A DNA stretch of 64,000 nt, taken from Oikopleura dioica. Lineage: Eukaryota > Animalia > Chordata. The stretch is from contig CAJRAX010000007.1 of assembly GCA_907165135.1 (NCBI GenBank), positions 62,001-126,000 of the forward strand, written 5' to 3'. Positions within the stretch are counted from its first letter, which is position 1, and each line of letters opens with the position of its first letter. The notes below the pieces were generated by a model. That model did no database searches. It saw nothing but the letters and a program-made list of their open reading frames with translations, and had not been told where the DNA came from. A program made the position numbers and the translations under genes. Below are positions 20,931 through 33,877 of this stretch, piece after piece.

Positions 20931-23638
20931 ATTTCTATGAACTGTTAATCATCTGAAAACGCCAAAAAACGCATCAGAATTTTTTTTAATTTTTTTTTGT
21001 ATTTTTATGAACTGTTAATCATCTAAAAACGCCAAAAAACGCATCAGAATTTTTCTTAATTTTTTTAATTTCTATTAATTTTTTATTTTTATGAATTGTA
21101 AATCATCTAATACGGCAAAAAACGCATCAGAATTTTTCACAATTTTTTTGTTTATTTCTATGAACTGTAAATCATCTGAAAACGCTCAAAATGGCATCAG
21201 AATTTTTCTTTATTTTTTTATTATTTTTATGAACTGTAAATCATCTGAAAACGCAAAAAAACGCATCAGAATTTTTCTTAATTTTTTTTTTTTATTATTT
21301 TTATGAACTGTAAATTATCTGAAAACGCCAAAAAACGCATCAGAATTTTTCTTAATTTTTTTATTATTTTTATGAACTGTAAATCATCTGAAAACGCAAA
21401 AAACGCATCAGAATTTTTATTTATTTATTTTTATTTTTATGAACTGTAAATCATCTGAAAACGCCAAAAAAAAACGCATCAGAATTTTTCTTAATTTTTT
21501 TCGATTTTTTTGAACTGTAAATTATCTGAAAACGCCAAAAACGCATCAGAATTTTTTAATTTTTTATTTTTATGAATTGTAAATCATCTGAAAACGCCAA
21601 AAACGCATCAGAATTTTTTAATTTTTTTATTTTTATGAATTGTTCATCATCTGAAAACGCGAAAAAACGCATCAGAATTTTTCTTAATTTTTTTTGATTT
21701 TTTGAACTGTTAATTATCTAAAAACGCCAAAAAACGCATCAGAAATTTTTTTTAATTTTTGTTTTTATTTTTTTGACTTGTAAATTATCTGAAAACGCCA
21801 AAAAACGCATCAGAATTTTTTTTTAATTTTTTTTTTTTTGAACTGTAAATTATCTGAAAACGCAAAAAACGCATCAGAATTTCTTTTTTTTTTTTTATGA
21901 ACTGTAAATAATCTGAAAACGCCAAAAACGCATCAGAATTTTTTTAATTTTTTATTTTGATGAATTGTAAATCATCTGAAAACGCCAAAAAACGCATCAG
22001 AATTTTTTTATTTTTTATTTTAATGAACTGTAAATCATCTGAAAACGCCAAAAAACGCATCAGAATTTTTCTATATTTTTTTTTATATTTTTATGAACTG
22101 TAAATCATCTGAAAACGCCAAAAAACGCATCAGAATTTTTTTTAATTTTTTTTTTTATTTTTATGAATTGTAAATCATCTAAAAACGCCAAAAAATGCAT
22201 AAGAATTTTGATAATTTTTTTTTTATTTTTATGAACTGTTAATCATCTGTAAACGCCAAAAAACGCATCAGAATTTTTTAAATTTTTTATTTTTATGAAC
22301 TGTAAATCATCTGAAAACGCCAAAAACGCATCAGAATTTTTCTTAATTTTTTCGATTTTTTGAACTGTAAATTATCTGAAAACGCCAAAAACGCATCAGA
22401 ATTTTTTAATTTTTTATTTTTATGAACTGTTAATCATCTGAAAACGCCAAAAAACGCATCAGAATTTTTCTTAATTTTTTCGATTTTTTGAACTGTAAAT
22501 TATCTGAAAACGCCAAAAAACGCATCAGAATTTTTTTTTATTTTTTTTTTATTTATTTGAACTGTAAATCATCTGAAAACGCCAAAAACGCATCAGAATT
22601 TTTCTTAATTTTTTCGATTTTTTGAACTGTAAATCATCTGAAAACGCCAAAAAACGCATCAGAATTTTTCTTTATTTTTTTTATATTTTTAAGAATTGTA
22701 AACCATCTGAAAACGCCAAAAAACGCATCAGAATTTATATTTATTTTTTCTTTATTTTTATGAACTGTAAATCATCTGAAAACGCAAAAAACGCATCAGA
22801 ATTTTTATTTTTTATTTTTATGAACTGTAAATCATCTTAAAACGCAAAAAACGCATCAGAATTTTTTTTTTTTTTATTTTTATGAACTGTAAATTATCTG
22901 AAAACGCCAAAAAACGCATCAGAATTTTTTTTAATTTTTTATTATTTTTATGAACTGTTAATCATCTAAAAACGCCAAAAAACGCATCAGAATTTTTCTT
23001 AATTTTTTTCGATTTTTTTAAACTGTCAATTATCTGAAAACGCCAAAAAATGCATCAGAATTTTTATTAATTTTTTTTTACTTTTATGAATTGTAAATCA
23101 TCTAATACGGCAAAAAACGCATCAGAATTTTTCTCAATTTCTTTATTATTTTTATGAACTGTAAATCATCTGAAAACGCAAAACAACGCATCAGAATTTT
23201 GATTAATTTTTTTTTTTTTTATGAACTGTAAATCATCTGAAAACGCCAAAAAACGCATCAGAATTTTTTTTTTTTTTTTTTTTTTTGAATTGTAAATCAT
23301 CTGAAAACGCCAAAAAACGCATCAGAATTTTTCTTAATTTTTTCGATTTTTTGAACTGTAAATTATCTGAAAACGCCAAAAACGCATCAGAATTTTTTTA
23401 TTTTTTATTTATTTGAACTGTAAATCATCTGAAAACGCCAAAAAACGCATCAGAATTTTTCTTAATTTTTTTCGATTTTTTTGAACTGTAAATCATCTGA
23501 AAACGCCAAAAAACGCATCAGAATTTTTCTTAATTTTTTTCGATTTTTTTGAACTGTAAATCATCTGAAAACGCCAAAAAACGCATCAGAATTTTTCTTT
23601 ATTTTTTTTATATTTTTAAGAATTGTAAACCATCTGAA
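20931..23638 (+). repeat. Main satellite array
   Basis: Same monomer, e.g. 68-bp period 23483/23551. Confidence 0.97.
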
Positions 23639-25044
23639 TGATACAATAGTGAAAAAATAAGGATAAAAAAAAAATTAATTCTATAATTCTTTTCACGGTT
23701 AAAATAAACTTCAAAGCCAGTCTCAAGATACTCTCCCCAAAAGTCACGATACTGTAAAAAGATAGCGTTTAATATCGCTCAAACCTTCTCCTCACGGTCA
23801 AATCATAATTCACTTGTAAATGATATGCTTGCGCTCATACGTTCAATCAGTGCTAGAACCATTATTGAACCTCTATGACAAGCGAGCTATCGATCGTTGG
23901 CTCTTCTGGAAAATGCTCTCATTATTTCAATCGGTTCGGGATTAAAATAAGCGGTTCTTCAGTCTAGGCATAATTTACACGTACGCGTGTGTTGATAAAA
24001 ACTGTACATATTATTCGGTAACTATTTCATCCTAGCCGCTTATTCCCATTGTTTTATTGCTTCAAAAATTTCAAAATTGCTCTCATCTGCATGAAAAAAT
24101 CCGTTTTGCATGATCCAAATTTCATATTGAATATGCTCTTTATTATTATTCGAGAATAATTATTGCGCGCATGATTATTAAATTCGCATTTATTCGCTCA
24201 ATTATAATCCCTCGCTGTTCGAGGATTTATTCTCTTGATTCTAGTCTCATTACTGCACGATCTGACGACAACAACGACGAATGCGAGTTCTACCGCCTCG
24301 CCAACTCTTCAAAGACGACTTCAAAAGGCACTCCTGGGCGAGCCGGATGGCAAGCTTCTACAGCTGCAGATACTGGAGATCTTCGAGGTTCCTTATCTCC
24401 GATAAGGCTTGACGCAAAGTAATGAGTCCAATGAACCGCGTCAGTAACTGCCCGAAGGTGAGCCGAAGTACTTTTTCATATTTATACGCATTTATTTTAA
24501 TCTGTAATAATCTTTTAATTTAACTGTAATGCTTAATTTATTTGTTCTCTCTTTTCTCGTTGTTATAATGATTAACTGGCCTAATTATTATAATCATCTT
24601 TATTTGTGCTTTTTATTTACTTTGTTTTAAAATCTTTTCTATAATCCTGGAACGACTCAGCAGCGCAATACGCTTATTGGCGCCTTTAAACCCTTCACCT
24701 GTTCGCTCTTTAAAACGAAAAATTGCTTCGAGAACCCGGCTCAAGCTCAAGAAAAATGATCTGAAAAGATCGCAAAAATATTCATCCGGATGAACTTCAG
24801 CGAACTGTTTATTTTCAATTCATGAAAATCATGCTTTATTTGCGTGCGCCTATTATTATGTTTTTGTTTACGAATTGCAGCTGCGCTAAAAGATGCATTT
24901 CGCTCACCGCCAAAATATCCTCAGACTTACAATAAACTCCCAACAAGCGAAAGCTTTCAATTTTTATCGAATTATTTGCAGGGAAAATTAATTAGTGTTA
25001 GAAAAATTTTAATTGCAATCAACGAAGAGACCTCGATTGTATCA
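23639..25044 (+). repeat. LTR1 of element C
   Basis: Near-identical to LTR2 and LTR3. Confidence 0.95.
24379..24459 (+). ncRNA. Three-way-junction RNA element in LTR C (copies 31964-32044, 39552-39632, 60997-61077 minus)
   Basis: ATCTTCG-GGT/GCC-CGAAGGT closing stem, CCTTATC/GATAAGG hairpin, TGACGC/GCGTCA stem, GTAA junction. Confidence 0.68.
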
Positions 25045-26293
25045 TGGCGAGCACAGAGACCACGAACCCACAACAGAAGCCACCAAATTGTAAGTCCCCG
25101 GTAGAATGGTTAAATAGCTCAACCCTTTTCTGTGTCGCCCCAGGGCAGAAATTTCTGAAAGATATGAAATTTTTTGAAATGTCTCTCTTGAAGGAAGAAA
25201 TCTCTGACCGGATAAATAGAGCAAAATGGATCTTTGAATCGTCGATAAAAGCCCATTCTCCTGATAATAAGACAGAGCTTTTGCGACAGTTTGAGAGACA
25301 AGCAGGTTCTTTTATCATGAGTTGCTGCGGGATCAAGTTCTTTCAGGAGCACGGCGAGGAAATTTCTTGCCTTGAGTCGGCACAAGAAAAATTAGAATTT
25401 ATTACCGGTTTTTTTCGAAGAAGAATCGCCTGAAATAAGAGTCCAAAGAGCTAAAGAGAAACTCGAATCTCTCGTGCGCCGTATCGACTCATCTGAAAGT
25501 TTTGCTTCATTTTATAAAAGGATAAAAGCGTGCGCGGCTCTTATTTCAAGCGAAAAAATCGCCCAAGATTATATAATATAATATAATTTATATTGCTTCA
25601 GAAAAATTTAAGGGTAGCATTTCACCGGATAACGCATCGTTTTTACGGGATAATTTAAAAATGAAGGAGTCATGTGAGGCTATCGCACAATTTTTGGACA
25701 GTAGAGGGCGCCACGTGAAACCGAAACCTACAGCCGATATCGCCCAAATTCAAGTTGAGAGTCAGATTTCAAAGTTGATGGATAACCAGGCAGTCCTTAT
25801 CGCCAAACAAGCCAAAAATTTTGAATCAGCTGTTCAAGCCATCGAGGCTCGCGCAGAGAAAAATACAGCGGAATTACTTGACCAGATTAAAAATTTGACT
25901 TCTGAAATCTGTGCGCTCAAAATCGAAAAGCCTTCTTTTTTGCCTTCACAAGGGTTTCATCCTCAAAATCGTTTTATTGCCCCAAATCAAGGCCCATTCC
26001 AACCTCAATTTACTAACCCGAGTCCCCCCTTTTTCCGGCCGCGCAACCCCTACGCTCAGCAACGCTTTCCGGCCGGCCAGGGCCAACAAGGTCCCCGCCC
26101 TTCTATCGCTAGATATTGCCGCTTTTGTCAGACAAACGATCATTTCCGCAGTAATTGCCCTTATGTTACTTGCTTCGGATGTAATCAAAAAGGCCACATG
26201 CAAAATAATTGCCCTCTCAATAACGGTCAAGCTCAAAACGCGCCTCAGCCCCGTTTTTCTGCCCCACAAGGTCCAAGAGCTTCTTTAAACTAA
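25044..26293 (+). pseudogene. gag: Gag, family C copy 1, broken by a 19-bp insertion at ~25570-25595 (plus a homopolymer shift at ~25412)
   Basis: N- and C-terminal halves align with gag A/B/E; CRFCQTNDHFRSNC and CFGCNQKGHMQNNC knuckles. Confidence 0.88.
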
Positions 26294-29200
26294 ATAATGG
26301 TAGCCATTTAGGCCAGAATGAACTACCAATTATTTCAATAAATTCTAATTCACTTGCTCAGGTCGGAGATCATTTTTACGTCAATGCTTCTGTATTTAAT
26401 TCTGACGTCGTTTTCTTAGTTGATACGGGTTCCCAAGTTTGTACTATACAGAAAAAATTCGTTCCATCCGATTGTAAAATTGAAAAATCGTTTCTCCACG
26501 TCAATTCGTATAATAATAGTCCAGTAGAAATCGAAGGAATTATAGAAGCTAAAATTATGATAAATAACGAAAATTGGGGCCGTACTTGGCTTCTCGTGGT
26601 TCCAAATAATTTTACGTCGATCTTAGGCTCTAATTTTTTGGAAGGAAACAATGTTCTTCTCAATCTAAAACGTCGAAAAATGATTCAAGCAGGCCCAATC
26701 GAACGTCATACGCATCTCGTTTCTAATTCAAAGGCCCCAAATATCGCTTCTGTTTCTGATATTAATAATTGTTACAATGCTGTCTCTACTCAATCGTTTA
26801 CGTTTAAAGCAAAAACCGAAACACTAATGGATTTGGAAGTAATCGGGCTAGATAAATCGTGTTCCTTGTTACTTGATGAGAGTGCGTTGAAAGGATCAAA
26901 ATTGGAGATTATTCCTTCAATACAAACTGTGGATAAAGATGAAAAACGCTTCACAATCTTAGTCATAAATTCAACTGACGCTAGTATAAAAATTCCTCGA
27001 GGTACAGTCTTCGCTAAATTGCAGCAAGCGGCTCAAATTTCAAATGTCGGTGCTAGTAGTTCTCAAACCTTTGAATCAATTTTGAGTAAAATAAAAATCG
27101 GAGACATTCCAGCTGAATATGTGGAAGAATTTTTGACCTTCTTCGCCAGTATCTATTCCTTTTTCTTGATGAAGATGATTGCTTGCCTCCTGCAAAAATT
27201 GGTGAATTCTCTATTAACACGGGCGATCATCCGCCAGTTTGTTCCGCACCGTATCGGACAGCATACAGTTTGAGACCCGTTCTTAAAAACATTTTGGACG
27301 TCTACGAAAACCACGGAACAATCGAAAAATCAAATAGTCCTTGGAATAGCCCCTTGCTTTTAGTAGCTAAAAAGTCTGGTGATTGGAGGCTTGTGATAGA
27401 TTTTCGAAAGTTGAACGCAGTTACAGTCCAAGCTAATTATCCACTTCCGAACCTTGAAGATTCGCTAAATTATCTCGCCGATAGTTCTATTTATAGCGTT
27501 GTCGATTTGTTCAAAGGTTTCCATCAGCTTCCGATCGAGGAGTCATCGAAGGAGAAAACCGCGTTTTCATGTGAATTCGGGCAGTACCAATTCAAAAGGA
27601 TGCCTATGGGAACGCGGAATTCTCCTTCACATTTTGCTCGAGTAATGGATCAAGTTCTAGAGGGTATTCCAAGAACAGCCATAACCGCATATTTAGACGA
27701 TCTTATTGTTCATGCTCCTGATTTTCGAACTCATCTGGATAATTTGAAAAAATTGTTTAAAACTCTTGCTGTCTATTCGCTAAGATTAAACGCTCGTAAA
27801 GCGGTCTTCTGTGTAAAAAAGGTTGTTTTTCTTGGATTCGAAGTCAAGAATGGTTGTATACGACCATCGCAATCAAGAGTGGAAGCAATTCGTGAGAGAG
27901 GAATCCCGAGAGACAGAGACGAAGCGATAAGTTTATTTGGGGCACTTTCGAGCCATAGACGTTTTATCGAAAATTTCGCAGAGATTGCGTTGCCAATCTC
28001 AAAAACTTATCGTGGAAGATTTTCTTGGACAGATGAAGCGACAGAAGCGCTAGAAAATCTTAAAAATATAATTTGCAAAAAAGCTTTGGAACTTTCTCTT
28101 CCAAAGAAAAATTGCCGTTTCGTTGTTGAGTCAGATGCTTCAGATTCTGGCTACGGTGGCTGTTTGTCTATTTGTACTACTCCCCTTCTTCTGCATGATC
28201 ATAATGAAAATTGTCTACGTCCTATCGCTTATCATTCAGCGAATTTTTCCGATTGTCAAAAACGCTACGTGACCGTCGAAAAAGAGCTTTTTAGCGGCAT
28301 GTCTTGCATGGAGCGTTGGGCCCCATATCTCTTGTTTACTGAGTTTGACTGGATCGTCGATAATAGCTGTCTCAAATTCATTAATACACTCAAAACGCAA
28401 AATCGCAAAATTCAGAGATGGATAGCGAATATCCAAAGTTTTAATTATAAACCGATTCAAAAACGATCTCGGGATATGAAAATAAGCGATTACCTTAGCC
28501 GACCAAATAATTTCGCGGAGAAACCTCAAATCAACCAAATTTCCTTCTCGGAAAAAGACTTTATTCATTTTCAAAAATTAGATCCTATTTTGGAGCAGAT
28601 TTTTAAATTTATCAACATAAATCGATGGCCTAACTCAACGTCTGATTCCAAGCTCGCTTTTTACCGTTTGTACCGCGATAAATTTGTTATTCAAAAGGAT
28701 GGCTCTCTTACGCTTGTTGATCTTCTTGGAAAAACCCGAATTTGCGTTCCGGACGCGCTTGAGAATGAATTAATTTCAAATTATCATGTTAACTCAGGCC
28801 ATGACGGCATGGATATTTGTTTGCAGAAGCTGTCAACAAAATATATTTGGCCAAATATGCGCGAATCTATTTCTGAATTTATAAGACGCTGTGTTCACTG
28901 TCAGACTTGTAAGCCAAATACTCATCCAAATCGTCCTCCGCAGGGAAAAAGTGAAACTCCTTCGGCCCCATTTCAAAATTTTGCTATCGATTTGATTGGC
29001 CCACTTCGCCCAACTGACAATGGCAATCAGTATTGTTTGACTGCGATTGATCTTTTTTCAAAAAAAGTTTACGCTGAGCCTTTGACATCAAAAACAAAAA
29101 TTGAAGTATTAGAAAAATTCAAGCGCATTATTTTTACGATCCCACATATGCCAGAAGGAGTGCTAAGCGATAATGGCGGTGAATTTTCGGCAGTTGCGAA

Positions 29201-31095
29201 ATTTTTAATGGAAAAAGGAGTAAAACATAAACTAAGCCCACCGCGACATCCACAATCTAACGGTTGTATCGAAAACGCTAATCGTACTATAAAATCACGT
29301 CTTCGAGCAAGTTGCAATATGAATAACTGGGACTTGTTTCTTTATCAAGCGATTCACGGAATAAATAGCAGTGTTCATTCCGTTTCTAAGTTTAGCCCTT
29401 TTCAAATTGAGACAGGACTTGCGGAAGCCCATAATCCTAACGACCCGCTTTTTCGTAAATACGGTCAAAGAATTAATATTGCTTTCGATGAAATTAAAGA
29501 AAAAATTGATAAGGAAAAAACAACGAGGTTGGAAAAATTTAAAAATGATAAATTTATTGAATACGAGATTGGTCAAAAGTTTTGATTAAAAATTTTAACG
29601 CTTCGTATCCGCCCTTTATTGGACCATATACAATTACAAATAAATCCCCGACTGGCACTTGGTATGACCTCAAAAATTTAAAAACGGGTAGGGAATACAG
29701 AAGACACGGAATTGATATGCGAAAGTTCTATGAGCCCCTGGTCGAGCCTGGAAATTTTTTGAATAATGAAACGCGCAAAATCAGTAATTCCAACCTTGAA
29801 ACTTGTTCTGGAATTCCTGTTTTTCAACCAAAATTTGGACTAGAATTAGAATCTGAGAATGAAAATATAGGTTGTTTTTCAGCCGTTTACCCAGAAAAAC
29901 GTTCGATTGAGCAAAGTCCTCATTCAATAAACCAAGAGCTTTCAAATGAAGCGAATTCATGTGAGGAAATTGCCCAGTCCGGTCCCGAGATTTCTCAAAA
30001 TGACAATTTTTCTGAATGCAAAAGTTCATCGGAGTCGGAATCTTCGGAATCTATGGCCAAAGCGCAAAGCACAAGCTCAGATTCAACCTTTGAAATTGAT
30101 CAGAATATTCCTGCCCCGATGGACCCACTTCTTAAACTAAAAACACCAAAAAGACCCGAATCATGTAGACCAAAATCCGCTAAAAAATTAACCGATTTTT
30201 CTGATAATTCCGAAATAGATCATGAGTCGGAACTCAGACCTTTCGAAGTGGAAGACGCTGAGGTAGATAACATATCAAAAAATGACACTTTGGCGTCTCC
30301 CATTCCGAATGGTAATATTTTTCATGTGGTAAAAACGCCCGATAGTAGTCCTGCAAAAAACCATTCGAGTTTAGATAATCATAATTTAGAGCACATAACT
30401 GAAACCGAGACTCGACTAAATATTGAAAATAACACGCCCGATTTAACAAGTTTTGACGAATTAAACGTTAGTCATAATCCACTAAAACGCGTTCGAGAAT
30501 CTTCTAAAGACTCCATTTCAACACCACAGAAAGTACATATTTTGGACAGCAATAATTTTGAAATAGCTCTTCAAACGAAAGAAAATTCCCCTGATATTAA
30601 CAATATGGATTTTTCGATTCAGATAAAATTGGAAAATGAAAATCAAGAGTTGTTTGAATTGTTCGAAGCTAAATACGAGCAGATCAAACAAAATATGGCT
30701 GTAGAAAGAGGAATTTTTTGTAAACTGAGCGAATTGTCGATTCTTATGCTCAGATTCATTAGTCATAAATTCAAACTAAATGATAACAATGAAAACGCAG
30801 CTGAATTACGAATAAAAATAAGGGATCACATCAACAAAAATTTTGCCAACTGGAAAAAATCATCGAATGGAGAATATCTATTTTATGGTGTTTTCATGGT
30901 TCTAAAACCGACTAAACTTAGCGATTTAAATAAAACAGAGCTGAAGGCTCTTGCGGTTTTTATAATATTCAAAATATTTTTCATCTTCGCAAAGCCGAAA
31001 TGGAGGCCATAATCGAATAATATTTTTCCAGCAATTTTCCAAATCATGAGCGAGTTGATAATGAGCTTTTATTTAGTCCTGACACGGAAGTATAA
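26284..31095 (+). pseudogene. pol: Pol, family C copy 1 (T TTA AAC frameshift entry; homopolymer shifts; TAA at 31018 before the last conserved motif)
   Basis: FLVDTGS, YLDD, ESDAS, HHCC, D,D,E, GPY motifs. Confidence 0.92.
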
Positions 31096-31219
31096 ATTTT
31101 TCTTTCGCTAGGGTAGCTCGAGACAGAAGTTATTTTAATCATCTTTTAAGAGAATTATACCGTTGATCACTGTCAAAAAAAAGGAAGAAAAATAGTTCCA
31201 GACCCGTAAGTGGTCACAG

Positions 31220-32629
31220 TGATACAATAGTGAAAAAATAAGGATAAAAAAAAAATTAATTCTATAATTCTTTTCACGGTTAAAATAAACTTCAAAGCCA
31301 GTCTCAAGATACTCTCCCCAAAAGTCACGATACTGTAAAAAGATAGCGTTTAATATCGCTCAAACCTTCTCCTCACGGTCAAATCATAATTCACTTGTAA
31401 ATGATATGCTTGCGCTCATACGTTCAATCAGTGCTAGAACCATTATTGAACCTCTATGACAAGCGAGCTATCGATCGTTGGCTCTTCTGGAAAATGCTCT
31501 CATTATTTCAATCGGTTCGGGATTAAAATAAGCGGTTCTTCAGTCTAGGCATAATTTACACGTACGCGTGTGTTGATAAAAACTGTACATATTATTCGGT
31601 AACTATTTCATCCTAGCCGCTTATTCCCATTGTTTTATTGCTTCAAAAAATTTCAAAATTGCTCTCATCTGCATGAAAAAAAAATCCGTTTTGCATGATC
31701 CAAATTTCATATTGAATATGCTCTTTATTATTATTCGAGAATAATTATTGCGCGCATGATTATTAAATTCGCATTTATTCGCTCAATTATAATCCCTCGC
31801 TGTTCGAGGATTTATTCTCTTGATTCTAGTCTCATTACTGCACGATCTGACGACAACAACGACGAATGCGAGTTCTACCGCCTCGCCAACTCTTCAAAGA
31901 CGACTTCAAAAGGCACTCCTGGGCGAGCCGGATGGCAAGCTTCTACAGCTGCAGATACTGGAGATCTTCGAGGTTCCTTATCTCCGATAAGGCTTGACGC
32001 AAAGTAATGAGTCCAATGAACCGCGTCAGTAACTGCCCGAAGGTGAGCCGAAGTACTTTTTCATATTTATACGCATTTATTTTAATCTGTAATAATCTTT
32101 TAATTTAACTGTAATGCTTAATTTATTTGTTCTCTCTTTTCTCGTTGTTATAATGATTAACTGGCCTAATTATTATAATCATCTTTATTTGTGCTTTTTA
32201 TTTACTTTGTTTTAAAATCTTTTCTATAATCCTGGAACGACTCAGCAGCGCAATACGCTTATTGGCGCCTTTAAACCCTTCACCTGTTCGCTCTTTAAAA
32301 CGAAAAATTGCTTCGAGAACCCGGCTCAAGCTCAAGAAAAATGATCTGAAAAGATCGCAAAAATATTCATCCGGATGAACTTCAGCGAACTGTTTATTTT
32401 CAATTCATGAAAATCATGCTTTATTTGCGTGCGCCTATTATTATGTTTTTGTTTACGAATTGCAGCTGCGCTAAAAGATGCATTTCGCTCACCGCCAAAA
32501 TATCCTCAGACTTACAATAAACTCCCAACAAGCGAAAGCTTTCAATTTTTATCGAATTATTTGCAGGGAAAATTAATTAGTGTTAGAAAAATTTTAATTG
32601 CAATCAACGAAGAGACCTCGATTGTATCA
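31220..32629 (+). repeat. LTR2 (shared central LTR) of element C
   Basis: Preceded by the pol 3' end and followed by the gag ATG/PBS. Confidence 0.95.
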
Positions 32630-33877
32630 TGGCGAGCACAGAGACCACGAACCCACAACAGAAGCCACCAAATTGTAAGTCCCCGGTAGAATGGTTAAAT
32701 AGCTCAACCCTTTTCTGTGTCGCCCCAGGGCAGAAATTTCTGAAAGATATGAAATTTTTTGAAATGTCTCTCTTGAAGGAAGAAATCTCTGACCGGATAA
32801 ATAGAGCAAAATGGATCTTTGAATCGTCGATAAAAGCCCATTCTCCTGATAATAAGACAGAGCTTTTGCGACAGTTTGAGAGACAAGCAGGTTCTTTTAT
32901 CATGAGTTGCTGCGGGATCAAGTTCTTTCAGGAGCACGGCGAGGAAATTTCTTGCCTTGAGTCGGCACAAGAAAAATTAGAATTTATTACCGGTTTTTTC
33001 GAAGAAGAATCGCCTGAAATAAGAGTCCAAAGAGCTAAAGAGAAACTCGAATCTCTCGTGCGCCGTATCGACTCATCTGAAAGTTTTGCTTCATTTTATA
33101 AAAGGATAAAAGCGTGCGCGGCTCTTATTTCAAGCGAAAAAATCGCCCAAGATTATATAATATAATATAATTTATATTGCTTCAGAAAAATTTAAGGGTA
33201 GCATTTCACCGGATAACGCATCGTTTTTACGGGATAATTTAAAAATGAAGGAGTCATGTGAGGCTATCGCACAATTTTTGGACAGTAGAGGGCGCCACGT
33301 GAAACCGAAACCTACAGCCGATATCGCCCAAATTCAAGTTGAGAGTCAGATTTCAAAGTTGATGGATAACCAGGCAGTCCTTATCGCCAAACAAGCCAAA
33401 AATTTTGAATCAGCTGTTCAAGCCATCGAGGCTCGCGCAGAGAAAAATACAGCGGAATTACTTGACCAGATTAAAAATTTGACTTCTGAAATCTGTGCGC
33501 TCAAAATCGAAAAGCCTTCTTTTTTGCCTTCACAAGGGTTTCATCCTCAAAATCGTTTTATTGCCCCAAATCAAGGCCCATTCCAACCTCAATTTACTAA
33601 CCCGAGTCCCCCCTTTTTCCGGCCGCGCAACCCCTACGCTCAGCAACGCTTTCCGGCCGGCCAGGGCCAACAAGGTCCCCGCCCTTCTATCGCTAGATAT
33701 TGCCGCTTTTGTCAGACAAACGATCATTTCCGCAGTAATTGCCCTTATGTTACTTGCTTCGGATGTAATCAAAAAGGCCACATGCAAAATAATTGCCCTC
33801 TCAATAACGGTCAAGCTCAAAACGCGCCTCAGCCCCGTTTTTCTGCCCCACAAGGTCCAAGAGCTTCTTTAAACTAA
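32629..33877 (+). pseudogene. gag: Gag, family C copy 2, with the same 19-bp insertion
   Basis: ORFs 32629-33165 and 33245-33877. Confidence 0.88.
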
